Shown here in pieces: positions 17,689-26,996 of a stretch of DNA of 52,485 bases (positions within the stretch are counted from its first letter, which is position 1; the number at the start of each line of letters is the position of its first letter). The position numbers and the translations under genes are program-made. Source of the stretch: a virus (lineage: Duplodnaviria > Caudoviricetes); the IMG/VR virus record IMGVR_UViG_3300033145_000528, positions 1-52,485 of that record; one strand, written 5' to 3'. A model generated the notes under the pieces. It did no database searches. It saw only the letters and a list, made by a program, of their open reading frames with translations, and had not been told where the DNA came from.

Positions 17689-19140
17689 ATGATGGCACTC
17701 AGTATCACAAGACCAGCAAGTGATATAATTGTTACGGGGGATTCTTCAGATATATTCGAGGATATATGGACTGAAGACCAAGCTCAAGGATGGGGCGTTT
17801 TTACAAGGCTTAGTGATGGTCAATACCATAGTACCGAGAGAATAGTATTCGGTGATGACACTACTCCTACAAACGTATCCGACATAGATTGCTGTGTTAA
17901 ATTTGGTGATGGTAAATATTTCTATACTAAGGATAATGCAAAAGTTACGCTTGGTGAGAAACTTGACAGCGAAACAGCTGTGAAGGGATGCTTTATAATC
18001 TTTGATGATTTGGGTGATGATGCAACAAGTATAGAAATGAAAGGTACGCTGAACCTGTATAATACATCTATTAAGCAAATATTGGTTGGTGGTGATATTT
18101 ATCATGCCCATCAACTAAACTTGAACGGTGCTGGTGAGTTCATTGATTCGCAGTTAAGATTTCTAAATGCAATAAATATTAGCACAGTATACACGACCTA
18201 TGGTATTCAGTATGAAGAATTTATTAACGGAATTAGAGTATTTGATGATATGACACTTACAAATTTCGTAAGTAAAAATATTAGTGCAGGTGCTTATAAT
18301 TTTGTTCCAAATAGAAGTGATATAACAGTTTATCTTGTAAACCCGAAAATAGGTGGTGGCAGCTTCTTCTATGCTTGGTCAATTATTCGTGCTGATACAT
18401 ATGTTAGAGGGTACTCAACTACTTTGACATGGCGTAGTGGTTCAACAATGCACGTAGATGCAAATACTTATCAGCAATTTCCATTTAATATTCATGTTAA
18501 AGACAAAGATGGGAATAATCTATCTGAAGTAACATGCTTGCTTGAAGATAAAGATGACGCTGAAGCTTTTAGTGTAGAAACGGCTGGCAGTGGGAAAATA
18601 GTCCAGCAATGGGTAAATTATAAAACTTATGATTCGACTAATTATACGACCGGTGGGGCAACAAAAACTCCGCATAAGCTCACCCTATCCAAAGCAGGCT
18701 ACGAAACGCTTGTAATAGATAATATCATAATAGATGAGGCAAAGGATTTGGAATTTGAACTATTGCCAGCATTGGCAGAATCAGATGTAAGATATGATAC
18801 GGACTTCGGGGAAAATAAAACTGGTAAATGTCATGTACCAGCTAAAGTCGATGTAAGGAAAGATGTAGATGTAGATGTTTCTGACAGTGGGCTTTTAGAC
18901 TTGGCGTCTGAAGACGATACAAGGTATGGCGTCACGTTTGATAATGAAACAAAAGTGGGAAACTGCGTACTTCCGCCTGAAGATAGAACAGCGGAAGGTG
19001 AAACATACGGAACTGATGGTACGGAATTTATAGGTACTTTTGTACGCAATGAGATAACTGGGGCAATAATAGAAGGTCAGGCTACAATAGGGGCAGTAGT
19101 CGGTCAAGCAACAGCAGGAATAGTGGTAGCAGGAGAATGA
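17689..19140 (+). CDS. Hypothetical virion-associated beta-rich protein with C-terminal repeats
   Basis: Long ORF in the structural operon; four acidic DVR-type repeats near the C-terminus. Confidence 0.6.
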   Translation: MMALSITRPASDIIVTGDSSDIFEDIWTEDQAQGWGVFTRLSDGQYHSTERIVFGDDTTPTNVSDIDCCVKFGDGKYFYTKDNAKVTLGEKLDSETAVKGCFIIFDDLGDDATSIEMKGTLNLYNTSIKQILVGGDIYHAHQLNLNGAGEFIDSQLRFLNAINISTVYTTYGIQYEEFINGIRVFDDMTLTNFVSKNISAGAYNFVPNRSDITVYLVNPKIGGGSFFYAWSIIRADTYVRGYSTTLTWRSGSTMHVDANTYQQFPFNIHVKDKDGNNLSEVTCLLEDKDDAEAFSVETAGSGKIVQQWVNYKTYDSTNYTTGGATKTPHKLTLSKAGYETLVIDNIIIDEAKDLEFELLPALAESDVRYDTDFGENKTGKCHVPAKVDVRKDVDVDVSDSGLLDLASEDDTRYGVTFDNETKVGNCVLPPEDRTAEGETYGTDGTEFIGTFVRNEITGAIIEGQATIGAVVGQATAGIVVAGE

Positions 19141-19141
19141 T

Positions 19142-19459
19142 ATGGCACTCGGAGATGCAGTAGAAGGAGCACGACATACAGCACAGAGAATAACGTGGCA
19201 GGACGAGGATGGGAATGCTTGGGTACTCACCAACTCAACTATAACAGGTACTATACGCCCAAAACGGGGTGGGACGACACGAGCCATCACAGGAACATTG
19301 GAGCTTGTGGATTCTGGCGACAATGGGCAATTTGACTGGACATATAGCGCAGCCGATATTGTTGAGGGCAAATTTTGGGTACAGTTCAAGGCAACATATG
19401 CCGACGGAACATATGATTTAACGAAGAAAGCCGAATTTAACGTATTAGAGGCAATATAG
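19142..19459 (+). CDS. BppU-like Ig-fold structural protein
   Basis: G.FDWTY.AAD...G.FWVQF.ATY.DG pattern. Confidence 0.55.
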   Translation: MALGDAVEGARHTAQRITWQDEDGNAWVLTNSTITGTIRPKRGGTTRAITGTLELVDSGDNGQFDWTYSAADIVEGKFWVQFKATYADGTYDLTKKAEFNVLEAI

Positions 19460-19467
19460 GAGGGGTC

Positions 19468-19935
19468 ATGGCTATAATAGTTGGAACAAATAGCTGGATA
19501 ACGGAAGCGGACGCTAACATCTACATGGGGAATAGACTTGATGCGGATAGTTACTGGATTGATGAGGAAGCCGATAATGAACGGGCGCTTATTACGGCGT
19601 ATCAATGGCTTAATGCGGGTAAATTTACGTTTCCGACTACAGCCACGCAAAAGATGAAAGACGCACAATGTGAGATGGCATTATTCTTGCTCCAACACCA
19701 GCCCGATATTGACCTCCGCATGGGATTGCAGGCACAGGGAGTGATAACAGCAGGGGTTGTTAAAGAGCGGTATAAGAATGATAACACGGTTGAGATGCCA
19801 ATACCACCTATCGTACAGAAATTACTTGCAGGCTATGATACGGATAAGCCGGTGTATTTGGTTAATATTGAACGTAACGAAGAAGAAGGCGTGAATTATG
19901 ACGCCTATGGAAATTTGCTCACAGACGCATCATAA
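19468..19935 (+). CDS. Head-tail connector/adaptor
   Basis: NSWITEADA..Y..R, ALITA, KDAQCEMAL, PP.V..LL..Y. Confidence 0.7.
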   Translation: MAIIVGTNSWITEADANIYMGNRLDADSYWIDEEADNERALITAYQWLNAGKFTFPTTATQKMKDAQCEMALFLLQHQPDIDLRMGLQAQGVITAGVVKERYKNDNTVEMPIPPIVQKLLAGYDTDKPVYLVNIERNEEEGVNYDAYGNLLTDAS

Positions 19936-19946
19936 GGAGGTAAATT

Positions 19947-20093
19947 ATGCCTACACCAAATAAGGGTGAGACAGAGCAGCATTTTGTGAGCCGTTGTATC
20001 AGTTATTTGTTTCACAGGGAAGGGTTCAAGGATAAGAAGAAGGCGGCTGGGAGATGTTATGGTATTTATAGGTCTTGGAAGAGGAAACAATGA
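19947..20093 (+). CDS. Small phage protein (48 aa)
   Basis: RBS AAGGAGG; MPTPNKGETEQHFVSRCI..AAGRCYGIYRSW, resembling a recurrent small morphogenesis-region protein. Confidence 0.7.
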   Translation: MPTPNKGETEQHFVSRCISYLFHREGFKDKKKAAGRCYGIYRSWKRKQ

Positions 20094-20425
20094 TTGGATC
20101 GTACTTAGTAGACACAATAACCCTGCGTATGGACAAGGGTAGTGACAAATGGCAAGAGCCAAATACGCCTGAGGATGTTACTGTGAAGGCGTTTATTGAT
20201 TACGGTGAACATCGTATTCAGAATGAAGCGGGGGAAGTAGTAGTGAGTATGGCAAAGGTGTACATGAGACCGCGCACACTTATCGTGAGTGGGTTTGCCA
20301 CACGGGCTGCCAACACTATCAGCTATAAAGACAAGATAATATACGACGGAATAGCACACGCTATAATGAAAATAAGCAGATCCCGAGATTTTAGTGTAAG
20401 GAGTATGGACGTATATGTCGCCTAA
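20090..20425 (+). CDS. Head closure protein (putative)
   Basis: D.W.EP and GEVVVS.A.VY patterns; position. Confidence 0.6.
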   Translation: MIGSYLVDTITLRMDKGSDKWQEPNTPEDVTVKAFIDYGEHRIQNEAGEVVVSMAKVYMRPRTLIVSGFATRAANTISYKDKIIYDGIAHAIMKISRSRDFSVRSMDVYVA

Positions 20426-20909
20426 AAGCTTGACAATGGAATTGGATATGTCAGAAGTTCTACGTAATATGGGGGTATTGACTAACCACGTTATGCCCAG
20501 TAAGATACGTGCGGGGTTACGACTGGCTGGTATAGAGCTTATGAAAGATGCTATAACGGTAGTGAATACTGTTCCCATTAAACGACCGGGGTATTCAAGC
20601 CCAGATCGTGTTCCTGGTGAATTGAGGGCATCTGGGGCTGTGTTCGTGGATGGTAAGAAGGTCAAGACAGCAATATCCTATGGGGAAGGAGCAACTGGTA
20701 AATACCAACCTGAAACTTATGGCGGTACTCGTATTCCTAAGAACTCACATGAGGCGTGTATAGTGTTTAATGCTCCTTATGCCGCCGAGCAGCACGAGGA
20801 ATGGCCAACCAAGACAGAACCCACAGCCGGCACTAATTATTTGGGGGGTAAATTGACCGAGAATGCTATGAAGTATACTAAGATAGTAGCAAACGGGATG
20901 AGATTATAA
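20415..20909 (+). CDS. Neck/tail completion protein (HK97 gp10-like)
   Basis: VP..GELRAS, FNAPYAAEQHE, G.NYL. Confidence 0.7.
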   Translation: MSPKSLTMELDMSEVLRNMGVLTNHVMPSKIRAGLRLAGIELMKDAITVVNTVPIKRPGYSSPDRVPGELRASGAVFVDGKKVKTAISYGEGATGKYQPETYGGTRIPKNSHEACIVFNAPYAAEQHEEWPTKTEPTAGTNYLGGKLTENAMKYTKIVANGMRL

Positions 20910-20921
20910 TTGGAGGCAGTT

Positions 20922-21134
20922 ATGGAAACTAAATACAAAGAATGTCCAAATTGCGGAAAGCCCTTTATTACGGAAGCCGAATCAAAGACATTTATGGAGG
21001 ATAAATTCAGGTGGTTTGGGCGCTTTTGCTGGCTTGGGCAATCATTAGATGGGAATTACAGTTTGATAACAAGGTATTGTTGTAGCTGTGGTCATGCCAA
21101 TATGGTATCACTTGGTAAACTTGGTGTATTATGA
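20922..21134 (+). CDS. Small zinc-ribbon protein inserted among the neck genes
   Basis: CPNCG..CCSCGH; RBS GGAGG. Confidence 0.6.
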   Translation: METKYKECPNCGKPFITEAESKTFMEDKFRWFGRFCWLGQSLDGNYSLITRYCCSCGHANMVSLGKLGVL

Positions 21135-21529
21135 TAAAAGAATTTGTTACATACATAGGTAACAATACAAGTTTCACGGTCGGAACAGACTTGTTCGCCA
21201 TAAGTGTGGACTCCGACGATATAGATGAATGCGTGGTAATTGCAGAATCCAGTCCTGGTCTGGCGGATGGGTTACTAATCGATTACCGCCAAATCCCCCT
21301 GAGAGCATACTCAAGGGCGCTTACAAGGTTTACGGCACGGGACAACGCCTACACCGTGTTTGATTGGTTACATGGCAGAATGCAATTTAGTCTGCCACAA
21401 ATAGGCAGTGGGTACATATACAGATGTAATGTAGAATGCAGAACGCCTTATTATATTGGTCTGGACGAGTCTGGAAGGCGACATGTGTATGTTGTGCCTA
21501 TTGATTTGACAACAACTAATATGACATGA
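21131..21529 (+). CDS. Tail terminator protein (putative)
   Basis: VGTDLF, A..NAY.VF..LHG, P.YIGLDE.GRH; directly before the tube gene. Confidence 0.7.
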   Translation: MIKEFVTYIGNNTSFTVGTDLFAISVDSDDIDECVVIAESSPGLADGLLIDYRQIPLRAYSRALTRFTARDNAYTVFDWLHGRMQFSLPQIGSGYIYRCNVECRTPYYIGLDESGRRHVYVVPIDLTTTNMT

Positions 21530-21539
21530 GAGGTATATT

Positions 21540-22064
21540 ATGAGTATAGGAGCCTCAGGGCCGTTAGAAGATTTGGGGCCTGCAAAAGTTACATGGGGCA
21601 CAACTGTTTTGGATACTTACGAGGAAGTGAAATTCACATTGACAGGGGAGAGCGCTGATGTTTTTGAGAATGTGTATGGCGCAACCCCAGTAGATAGCAT
21701 CTTTCTCGGTTATTCTGAGTGCACAGCATTAGTGCCCGCAACCCGACTCACACTAGGGAATTTACAGAAATTACTACCCGGTGGGAGCATTTCAGGAAGT
21801 GGATTAGTTCGCACCAATTCGGACATAGCGGTGGGTATATCACATTATGATAAGGGTCACCCGCTTATTATCCAGCCTATTATTGATGGTGTGGCATCCA
21901 CTACGAAGGGGTTGAGATTAGAGCGTGTATATCCGGTGCCTAATTTTGAGATTTCATTTAATCTCACTGCACAACGGGTATATGCCATTACATTCAAAGC
22001 ACACCCAGACTCCACAGGCATTCTCTGGAGTGCGGGTGCAATCAGTACAGCAGACTATAGCTAA
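21540..22064 (+). CDS. Major tail tube protein
   Basis: LGPAKVTWG, YGATPVD, QRVY.ITFKA.PD; position before chaperone and tape measure genes. Confidence 0.7.
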   Translation: MSIGASGPLEDLGPAKVTWGTTVLDTYEEVKFTLTGESADVFENVYGATPVDSIFLGYSECTALVPATRLTLGNLQKLLPGGSISGSGLVRTNSDIAVGISHYDKGHPLIIQPIIDGVASTTKGLRLERVYPVPNFEISFNLTAQRVYAITFKAHPDSTGILWSAGAISTADYS

Positions 22065-22076
22065 CAGGAGACAGCC

Positions 22077-22394
22077 ATGCCAAAAATTAACATTGATGAG
22101 ATTTGTGAACCCATTGAAATAACCGTAGGGGGTAAGACGTATACAGTTGCGGATATACCACCCGATACCGCCAAAAGAATGGCTGATTTGTCCAAGAAAG
22201 AGGACTACGATGAATCAGACACCACGCCTATCGTAACTATGTTGACTGAGATATTGGGTGCGACTAATGAGGACATAGCCAAATTAGGCATCCGTAAACT
22301 CGGCATCACCATGAAACAAATATTTACGGTTATTAACGATGAGGTAGAAGCAAAAAACGTCCCAAAGGTAGAAGTGAAGAAGTCCCCCAAATAG
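22077..22394 (+). CDS. Tail assembly chaperone (gpG-like)
   Basis: Between tube and tape measure genes; slippery site near the 3' end. Confidence 0.8.
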   Translation: MPKINIDEICEPIEITVGGKTYTVADIPPDTAKRMADLSKKEDYDESDTTPIVTMLTEILGATNEDIAKLGIRKLGITMKQIFTVINDEVEAKNVPKVEVKKSPK

Positions 22395-22654
22395 CTTCTA
22401 CCTTTCCAGGATTATTCACATTAGACGAATTGCTAAAGATGGGGATAAGGCAAAGGGGGTACTGGTTGAGGCAAGCTGGCGCTCTTAGACGGCAATTCAT
22501 AGCAGACGTGAGTTATGGTGTGAGAATTGGCATGGCTGATTCAAAAGATTATCAGAAAGCGATAGATGACTTGGAATTAACAGATAGGAAAGACGATTTG
22601 AAGGCTAATATGTGGGATATATTGAGTTTGTTAGGTGGTGGTAAGGGTGTTTAA
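22352..22654 (+). CDS. Tail assembly chaperone -1 frameshift extension (gpGT-like)
   Basis: A AAA AAC heptamer at 22352-22358 in the correct phase; the -1 frame is open from there to the stop at 22654. Confidence 0.8.
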   Translation, partial: KKRPKGRSEEVPQIASTFPGLFTLDELLKMGIRQRGYWLRQAGALRRQFIADVSYGVRIGMADSKDYQKAIDDLELTDRKDDLKANMWDILSLLGGGKGV

Positions 22655-25250
22655 TGTAGGGTCGGTACAAGGATATTTAAAGCTCAATACTACTGGATGG
22701 ACAAGTAGTATGGGGAGAGCTAATGCCTCACTGCAATCCTTATCTCGCTCATTCACACGATTCGGGGCAATGGCAGTTGGCTCTATCACACTGCTTACCC
22801 GCGAATACGGTAAATTTGACAAGGCTATACGGCATGCCACCAGTGTTAGTGAGCTAAGTGAGGCACAATTCAAAACAATGTCCAATATGGCGCTGGATGC
22901 CTCCATTAAATGGAATAAGGCTGCTACCGATACCGCACAGGCATTTTATTTTCTTGGGTCGGCGGGATTAACAGCTACCGAGCAAATGCAGGCATTTAAT
23001 GACACCATTATGCTATCACGAGCTATGGGAAGTGAATTGTCCATGACTGTCGAGGGATTGGTGGATATTGTTAGAGCATTCGGGTTGGAATTTGAGAATA
23101 CGGGTCATATTGCAGATATACTTGCCAAAACAATAGTAAGCTCCAATCAAAATTTCATGGACTTGGATAAGGCATTATCATATGCAGGCGCTACGGCTGC
23201 CTTTACCAATAACACGCTTGCCGAAACAACCGCTATGCTGGGTGTTATGGCTAACGCAGGCATAAAAGGCAGTATGGCGGGTACTGTGTTAAGGCGTGCT
23301 ATAGCTAACCTTATATCCCCTACTACAGAAATGCGGGATTTGATATATCGGCTGGGTTTGCACATATATGATACAACTGGGCAGATGAAGCCATTCATAG
23401 AAATTATAGGGGAAATAAGTGACAAAATGGCGGGCACAACCGAAGAGTTCCGCAATATGGTGTTTAAAGTGTTGTTTGGGGTTAGAGCTATTGGTGGGCA
23501 GATAGCACTGTTTAATTATGGCTCGAGAGCATTAAGACGGTATGCAGATGAGATAGAGAATGCTGGTGGGACTACGGAGCGTGTGGCAAAGAAACAAATG
23601 TTGGCATTCACGGAGCAATTAGGTCAATTATATAGGATAGCACAAAAACTGGCTATTATGCTCGGAGATACACTTGCATCATCATTGCTGAAAGTGATAG
23701 ACAGGATTAAATATAATATCAAGGCATTTGAGGATTATGTTAAAGTGAACACTAAAATAGTAGCGGAATCATTGAAGTGGGTAACGGTTTTGGGAGTATT
23801 ATCTTTGACAATCCCTCCACTGCTGCTTGTTATCACGGGGCTCACTAACCAATTCTTATTACTCACAAAAGCCATTGCTGGATCGGCATTAGCATTGGTA
23901 ACCAATCCCATTACGTGGCTTGTAGCGGCATTATATACATTAAGGGCTACTTTAATGAGTGATTTTTGGAAACAAGCATTGGAAAGTAAAATAATACCAT
24001 TCTTTGAAGACTTTGGCGATATAGGAGTACAAACTATTACCCAAATCATGTGGGAATTTTCATTATTACCGCAGTTTATTGGTAAAGTATTGAATAGAGT
24101 AAGTGATTACATAAAAGGTTCTGCAAATCAGGTTAAATTATATATAAAAGGCATAACGCATCTGGATATAGAAAGTCTGATACAGGCGGCTGGTATGAAT
24201 AAATATTTGCGTGAATTACTCTCAGGAGAACCAAAAGGGTTTATGGATGTGTTATTTGGTGGTGACGAGGAAGCACGCAAAGCATCATATCAAAGCTATG
24301 TGAATGACCTGAAAAACGTAGGAAAGGAGATAGTCTGGACAGGCAAAGACATTGTCAGCAACTTCGCAGAGACGATGGAGAAGGCAATCACGGAGGATAT
24401 TGGTAACTTGAGTAAATTATTGGCGGGACTTGCCAAGCATCTTCCTGCGCCATTTATGGCAGCTATAGAGGAGATAATAGAAGCAGTTGATGAACTTGGG
24501 AATATATACCGTATATTTATGGAAAAGCCGCCTGTATTGCCAGGCCTTGGAATACCTCCCGCACCAAGTGTTACGCCAGAGTTAACAGCCGCCTATGAAG
24601 AATATAAAGCACTTCTCATAGAGCAAATGAAGAAAGTGCAAGCCTCTATGAAACAACCATCTATATGGGCGGAAAGATGGGAAGAGGGGCTAAGAAAAGC
24701 GATATTTAATTTACGGAATTGGGAAGATGTATTTGCTGACGTGAATATGGGGATAAAAACTGGGTGGTCAGACACCATAAGCAGTTTTCTCAACGATACT
24801 TACATAGGAGCAAGGACATTTGAGAACCTTATAACCAATATGTTCACGACAGTATTACATAAGTTCAACGATTTTGTAGCAGAGGTGCTGGCAAGCGATT
24901 TGTGGTATGCTTTATTTGGTGGCGGTAAAACGATGGAGTTTGGTACTGCCACATTTCTCTTTGGGGGCAAAGTAGCCAAGAGCAGGCGGGATCCAGGTTG
25001 GTTACTTGACCTTCAGCGGACAATACCATATACTGCCCCATCGAAAGACTATTATACCCCGGAGCTATCCACTATGGGGTCACAAAAAGCTGCTGTAGGT
25101 AGTACGGTTATCAACATCACTAACAAAGGCACCCCAGTTACTTTGAAAGAAACCAGCCGTGTATTTGATGGTAGACGGTGGGTGATTAATGCGGTTATGA
25201 GTGAGCTTAATACAAATCCAGCATTTGCTAAGACGGTCAGAGGGGGATAA
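22647..25250 (+). CDS. Tape measure protein (TP901-type)
   Basis: AGLTA, MANAGIKGSMAGT.LR, G.MKPF; long helical protein; GTG start likely at 22647. Confidence 0.92.
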   Translation: MFNVGSVQGYLKLNTTGWTSSMGRANASLQSLSRSFTRFGAMAVGSITLLTREYGKFDKAIRHATSVSELSEAQFKTMSNMALDASIKWNKAATDTAQAFYFLGSAGLTATEQMQAFNDTIMLSRAMGSELSMTVEGLVDIVRAFGLEFENTGHIADILAKTIVSSNQNFMDLDKALSYAGATAAFTNNTLAETTAMLGVMANAGIKGSMAGTVLRRAIANLISPTTEMRDLIYRLGLHIYDTTGQMKPFIEIIGEISDKMAGTTEEFRNMVFKVLFGVRAIGGQIALFNYGSRALRRYADEIENAGGTTERVAKKQMLAFTEQLGQLYRIAQKLAIMLGDTLASSLLKVIDRIKYNIKAFEDYVKVNTKIVAESLKWVTVLGVLSLTIPPLLLVITGLTNQFLLLTKAIAGSALALVTNPITWLVAALYTLRATLMSDFWKQALESKIIPFFEDFGDIGVQTITQIMWEFSLLPQFIGKVLNRVSDYIKGSANQVKLYIKGITHLDIESLIQAAGMNKYLRELLSGEPKGFMDVLFGGDEEARKASYQSYVNDLKNVGKEIVWTGKDIVSNFAETMEKAITEDIGNLSKLLAGLAKHLPAPFMAAIEEIIEAVDELGNIYRIFMEKPPVLPGLGIPPAPSVTPELTAAYEEYKALLIEQMKKVQASMKQPSIWAERWEEGLRKAIFNLRNWEDVFADVNMGIKTGWSDTISSFLNDTYIGARTFENLITNMFTTVLHKFNDFVAEVLASDLWYALFGGGKTMEFGTATFLFGGKVAKSRRDPGWLLDLQRTIPYTAPSKDYYTPELSTMGSQKAAVGSTVINITNKGTPVTLKETSRVFDGRRWVINAVMSELNTNPAFAKTVRGG

Positions 25251-25253
25251 GAG

Positions 25254-25628
25254 ATGGTAACATTCCCAACAATATATAGACATGGGACATTGGAGCAAGA
25301 ACCCATTGTGGAATACTTTGACGATACTATGGCACAAGACCCCGCAATCAGAAGCCGATCCGATGGCGGATATATAACTTCGCGGGCGAGGTTCACACGC
25401 ATAACACGGCGGTGGACAGTACGGTATGAATTTGTGTCAAAAGCTAACAAGGATATCATTCTATCATTCGAGAATGCCAGATTAGCCGGAGCAGAAAACT
25501 TCATATTCTCAAGACCGGATTATGCAACAGCTGTAAATGTTAGATTTCTCGGCCCAGTAACTTATACTCCCAGTACCCATGCTAACTTCCTATTCTGGAC
25601 TGTGGAATTTGTGTTGGAGCAGGTATGA
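25254..25628 (+). CDS. Distal tail protein (gpM-like)
   Basis: R.R.T...RRW.V.Y, F..AR..GAE.F.F..P, W.V...LEQV. Confidence 0.7.
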   Translation: MVTFPTIYRHGTLEQEPIVEYFDDTMAQDPAIRSRSDGGYITSRARFTRITRRWTVRYEFVSKANKDIILSFENARLAGAENFIFSRPDYATAVNVRFLGPVTYTPSTHANFLFWTVEFVLEQV

Positions 25629-26602
25629 AAACATTAGATAATTCGTATATTACAGAACAACATAAGTTGGCTACATCTGGTGCGTGGATATGGCTACTGG
25701 AAATATCCGTAATAGGCACAAGTATGGTATTGAGATATACCAATAATAATAGTGCCGCTGGTTATATTACATGGAACGGCAATGACTATACCAATATGCC
25801 TTTTACGATGGACGATGTAAGTGCGTCATTGGAGGGTAAGTTTCCCGAATATAAATTACGGATAGAAGACTTATCACTTACTGGGGCTCTACGTACACAA
25901 GTACGAGCTACGGCAGGGCTTGTAGGGAGCATTGTACGGCTTCGTGTTGTACATTCTGCCCATTTAGAGCTTACCACACCAGCAATAGATGAGTCGGCAG
26001 AAGTATTGAGCTGTGAAGTCGACTTGAGTGCTGTAACGCTGACATTGGGCATTCCCAGTTTATTAAGTAGGCGGTTTCCTCGTGATAGATATTTACCCGG
26101 GTTCTGTAGACATAAGTTTGGGGGAGCATTATGCCAATATACGCAACCAACATCACCCGATGGCTCATTATATACAGCCACAAGCAACCACGTTATATTC
26201 ACACTCGACGTGGGGACGGTTGAAGGCTACCCAGTAAATAAAATATGGATGGAGAATGGAGATATTGTAAATAAGGTATTTATGTTTGCTGAGCCGCGGG
26301 GAGAACAGCGGGCATCTGGGAAGTGGGCATTAAGCAAAGACACGGGGTTTGTAATAAGTGGCTCGGTTTCCAACGATGGGTTCTTCGTAGCAGAGAACTA
26401 TTACGCCGTTACACCTACCACTGTTTATGTAAGAACAGCGGCAAAAGGTGGGCGTCCATTTACAGAGGAAACCGTACTTACCACAGTTACACTAACACTT
26501 GGTTATGACAATTGCGACCATACACTTGCCGCATGCAAACTACGGGATAATACGCAAAATTATGGTGGGAGTCCGGGCATCACAGGAGGGGTATATGGTT
26601 AA
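25625..26602 (+). CDS. Tail tip hub protein (gpL-like)
   Basis: FPR..Y...CRHKF....C.Y and CDHTL.AC..R.N..NYGG.PG cysteine cluster. Confidence 0.8.
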   Translation: MKTLDNSYITEQHKLATSGAWIWLLEISVIGTSMVLRYTNNNSAAGYITWNGNDYTNMPFTMDDVSASLEGKFPEYKLRIEDLSLTGALRTQVRATAGLVGSIVRLRVVHSAHLELTTPAIDESAEVLSCEVDLSAVTLTLGIPSLLSRRFPRDRYLPGFCRHKFGGALCQYTQPTSPDGSLYTATSNHVIFTLDVGTVEGYPVNKIWMENGDIVNKVFMFAEPRGEQRASGKWALSKDTGFVISGSVSNDGFFVAENYYAVTPTTVYVRTAAKGGRPFTEETVLTTVTLTLGYDNCDHTLAACKLRDNTQNYGGSPGITGGVYG

Positions 26603-26996
26603 TGTTAGCCACTTTGTGGGAACGCCCTTTGTGAATGGTGGAAGAAATAAAACATCGGGACTCGATTGCTGGGGGCTTGTTATGGAAGTGTTTAAGGAAT
26701 GTGGGATACAATTACCAGACTTCAGGGTTAATGCATTTGCTTCATCTAAAATAGACGAACTTGCCCATGAGGCAATAGGATTCTCACCATGGGAAGAAGT
26801 GTATAGTCCACAGGACGAAGATGCACCATTGGTCGTGTTGATGCGTATACACCCAAGTTTGATTGCGCATGCTGGGGCATACATAGGTAATAATAGGATT
26901 ATACATACTATGGAAGGCACAAACGCCGTCATATCAAGGGTTTCAAGGTTAAAAAGTCGTATTGTGGGGTATTATAGATATGTTCAAAATAACTAA
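26595..26996 (+). CDS. NlpC/P60 tail tip protein (gpK-like)
   Basis: GTPF..GGR...GLDCWGLV, HAGAYIG...IHT. Confidence 0.88.
   Translation: MVNVSHFVGTPFVNGGRNKTSGLDCWGLVMEVFKECGIQLPDFRVNAFASSKIDELAHEAIGFSPWEEVYSPQDEDAPLVVLMRIHPSLIAHAGAYIGNNRIIHTMEGTNAVISRVSRLKSRIVGYYRYVQNN

Noticed and set aside
22352-22654. Tail chaperone frameshift as a novelty
   Set aside because: Real, but a standard feature of long-tailed phages; listed as a feature only.
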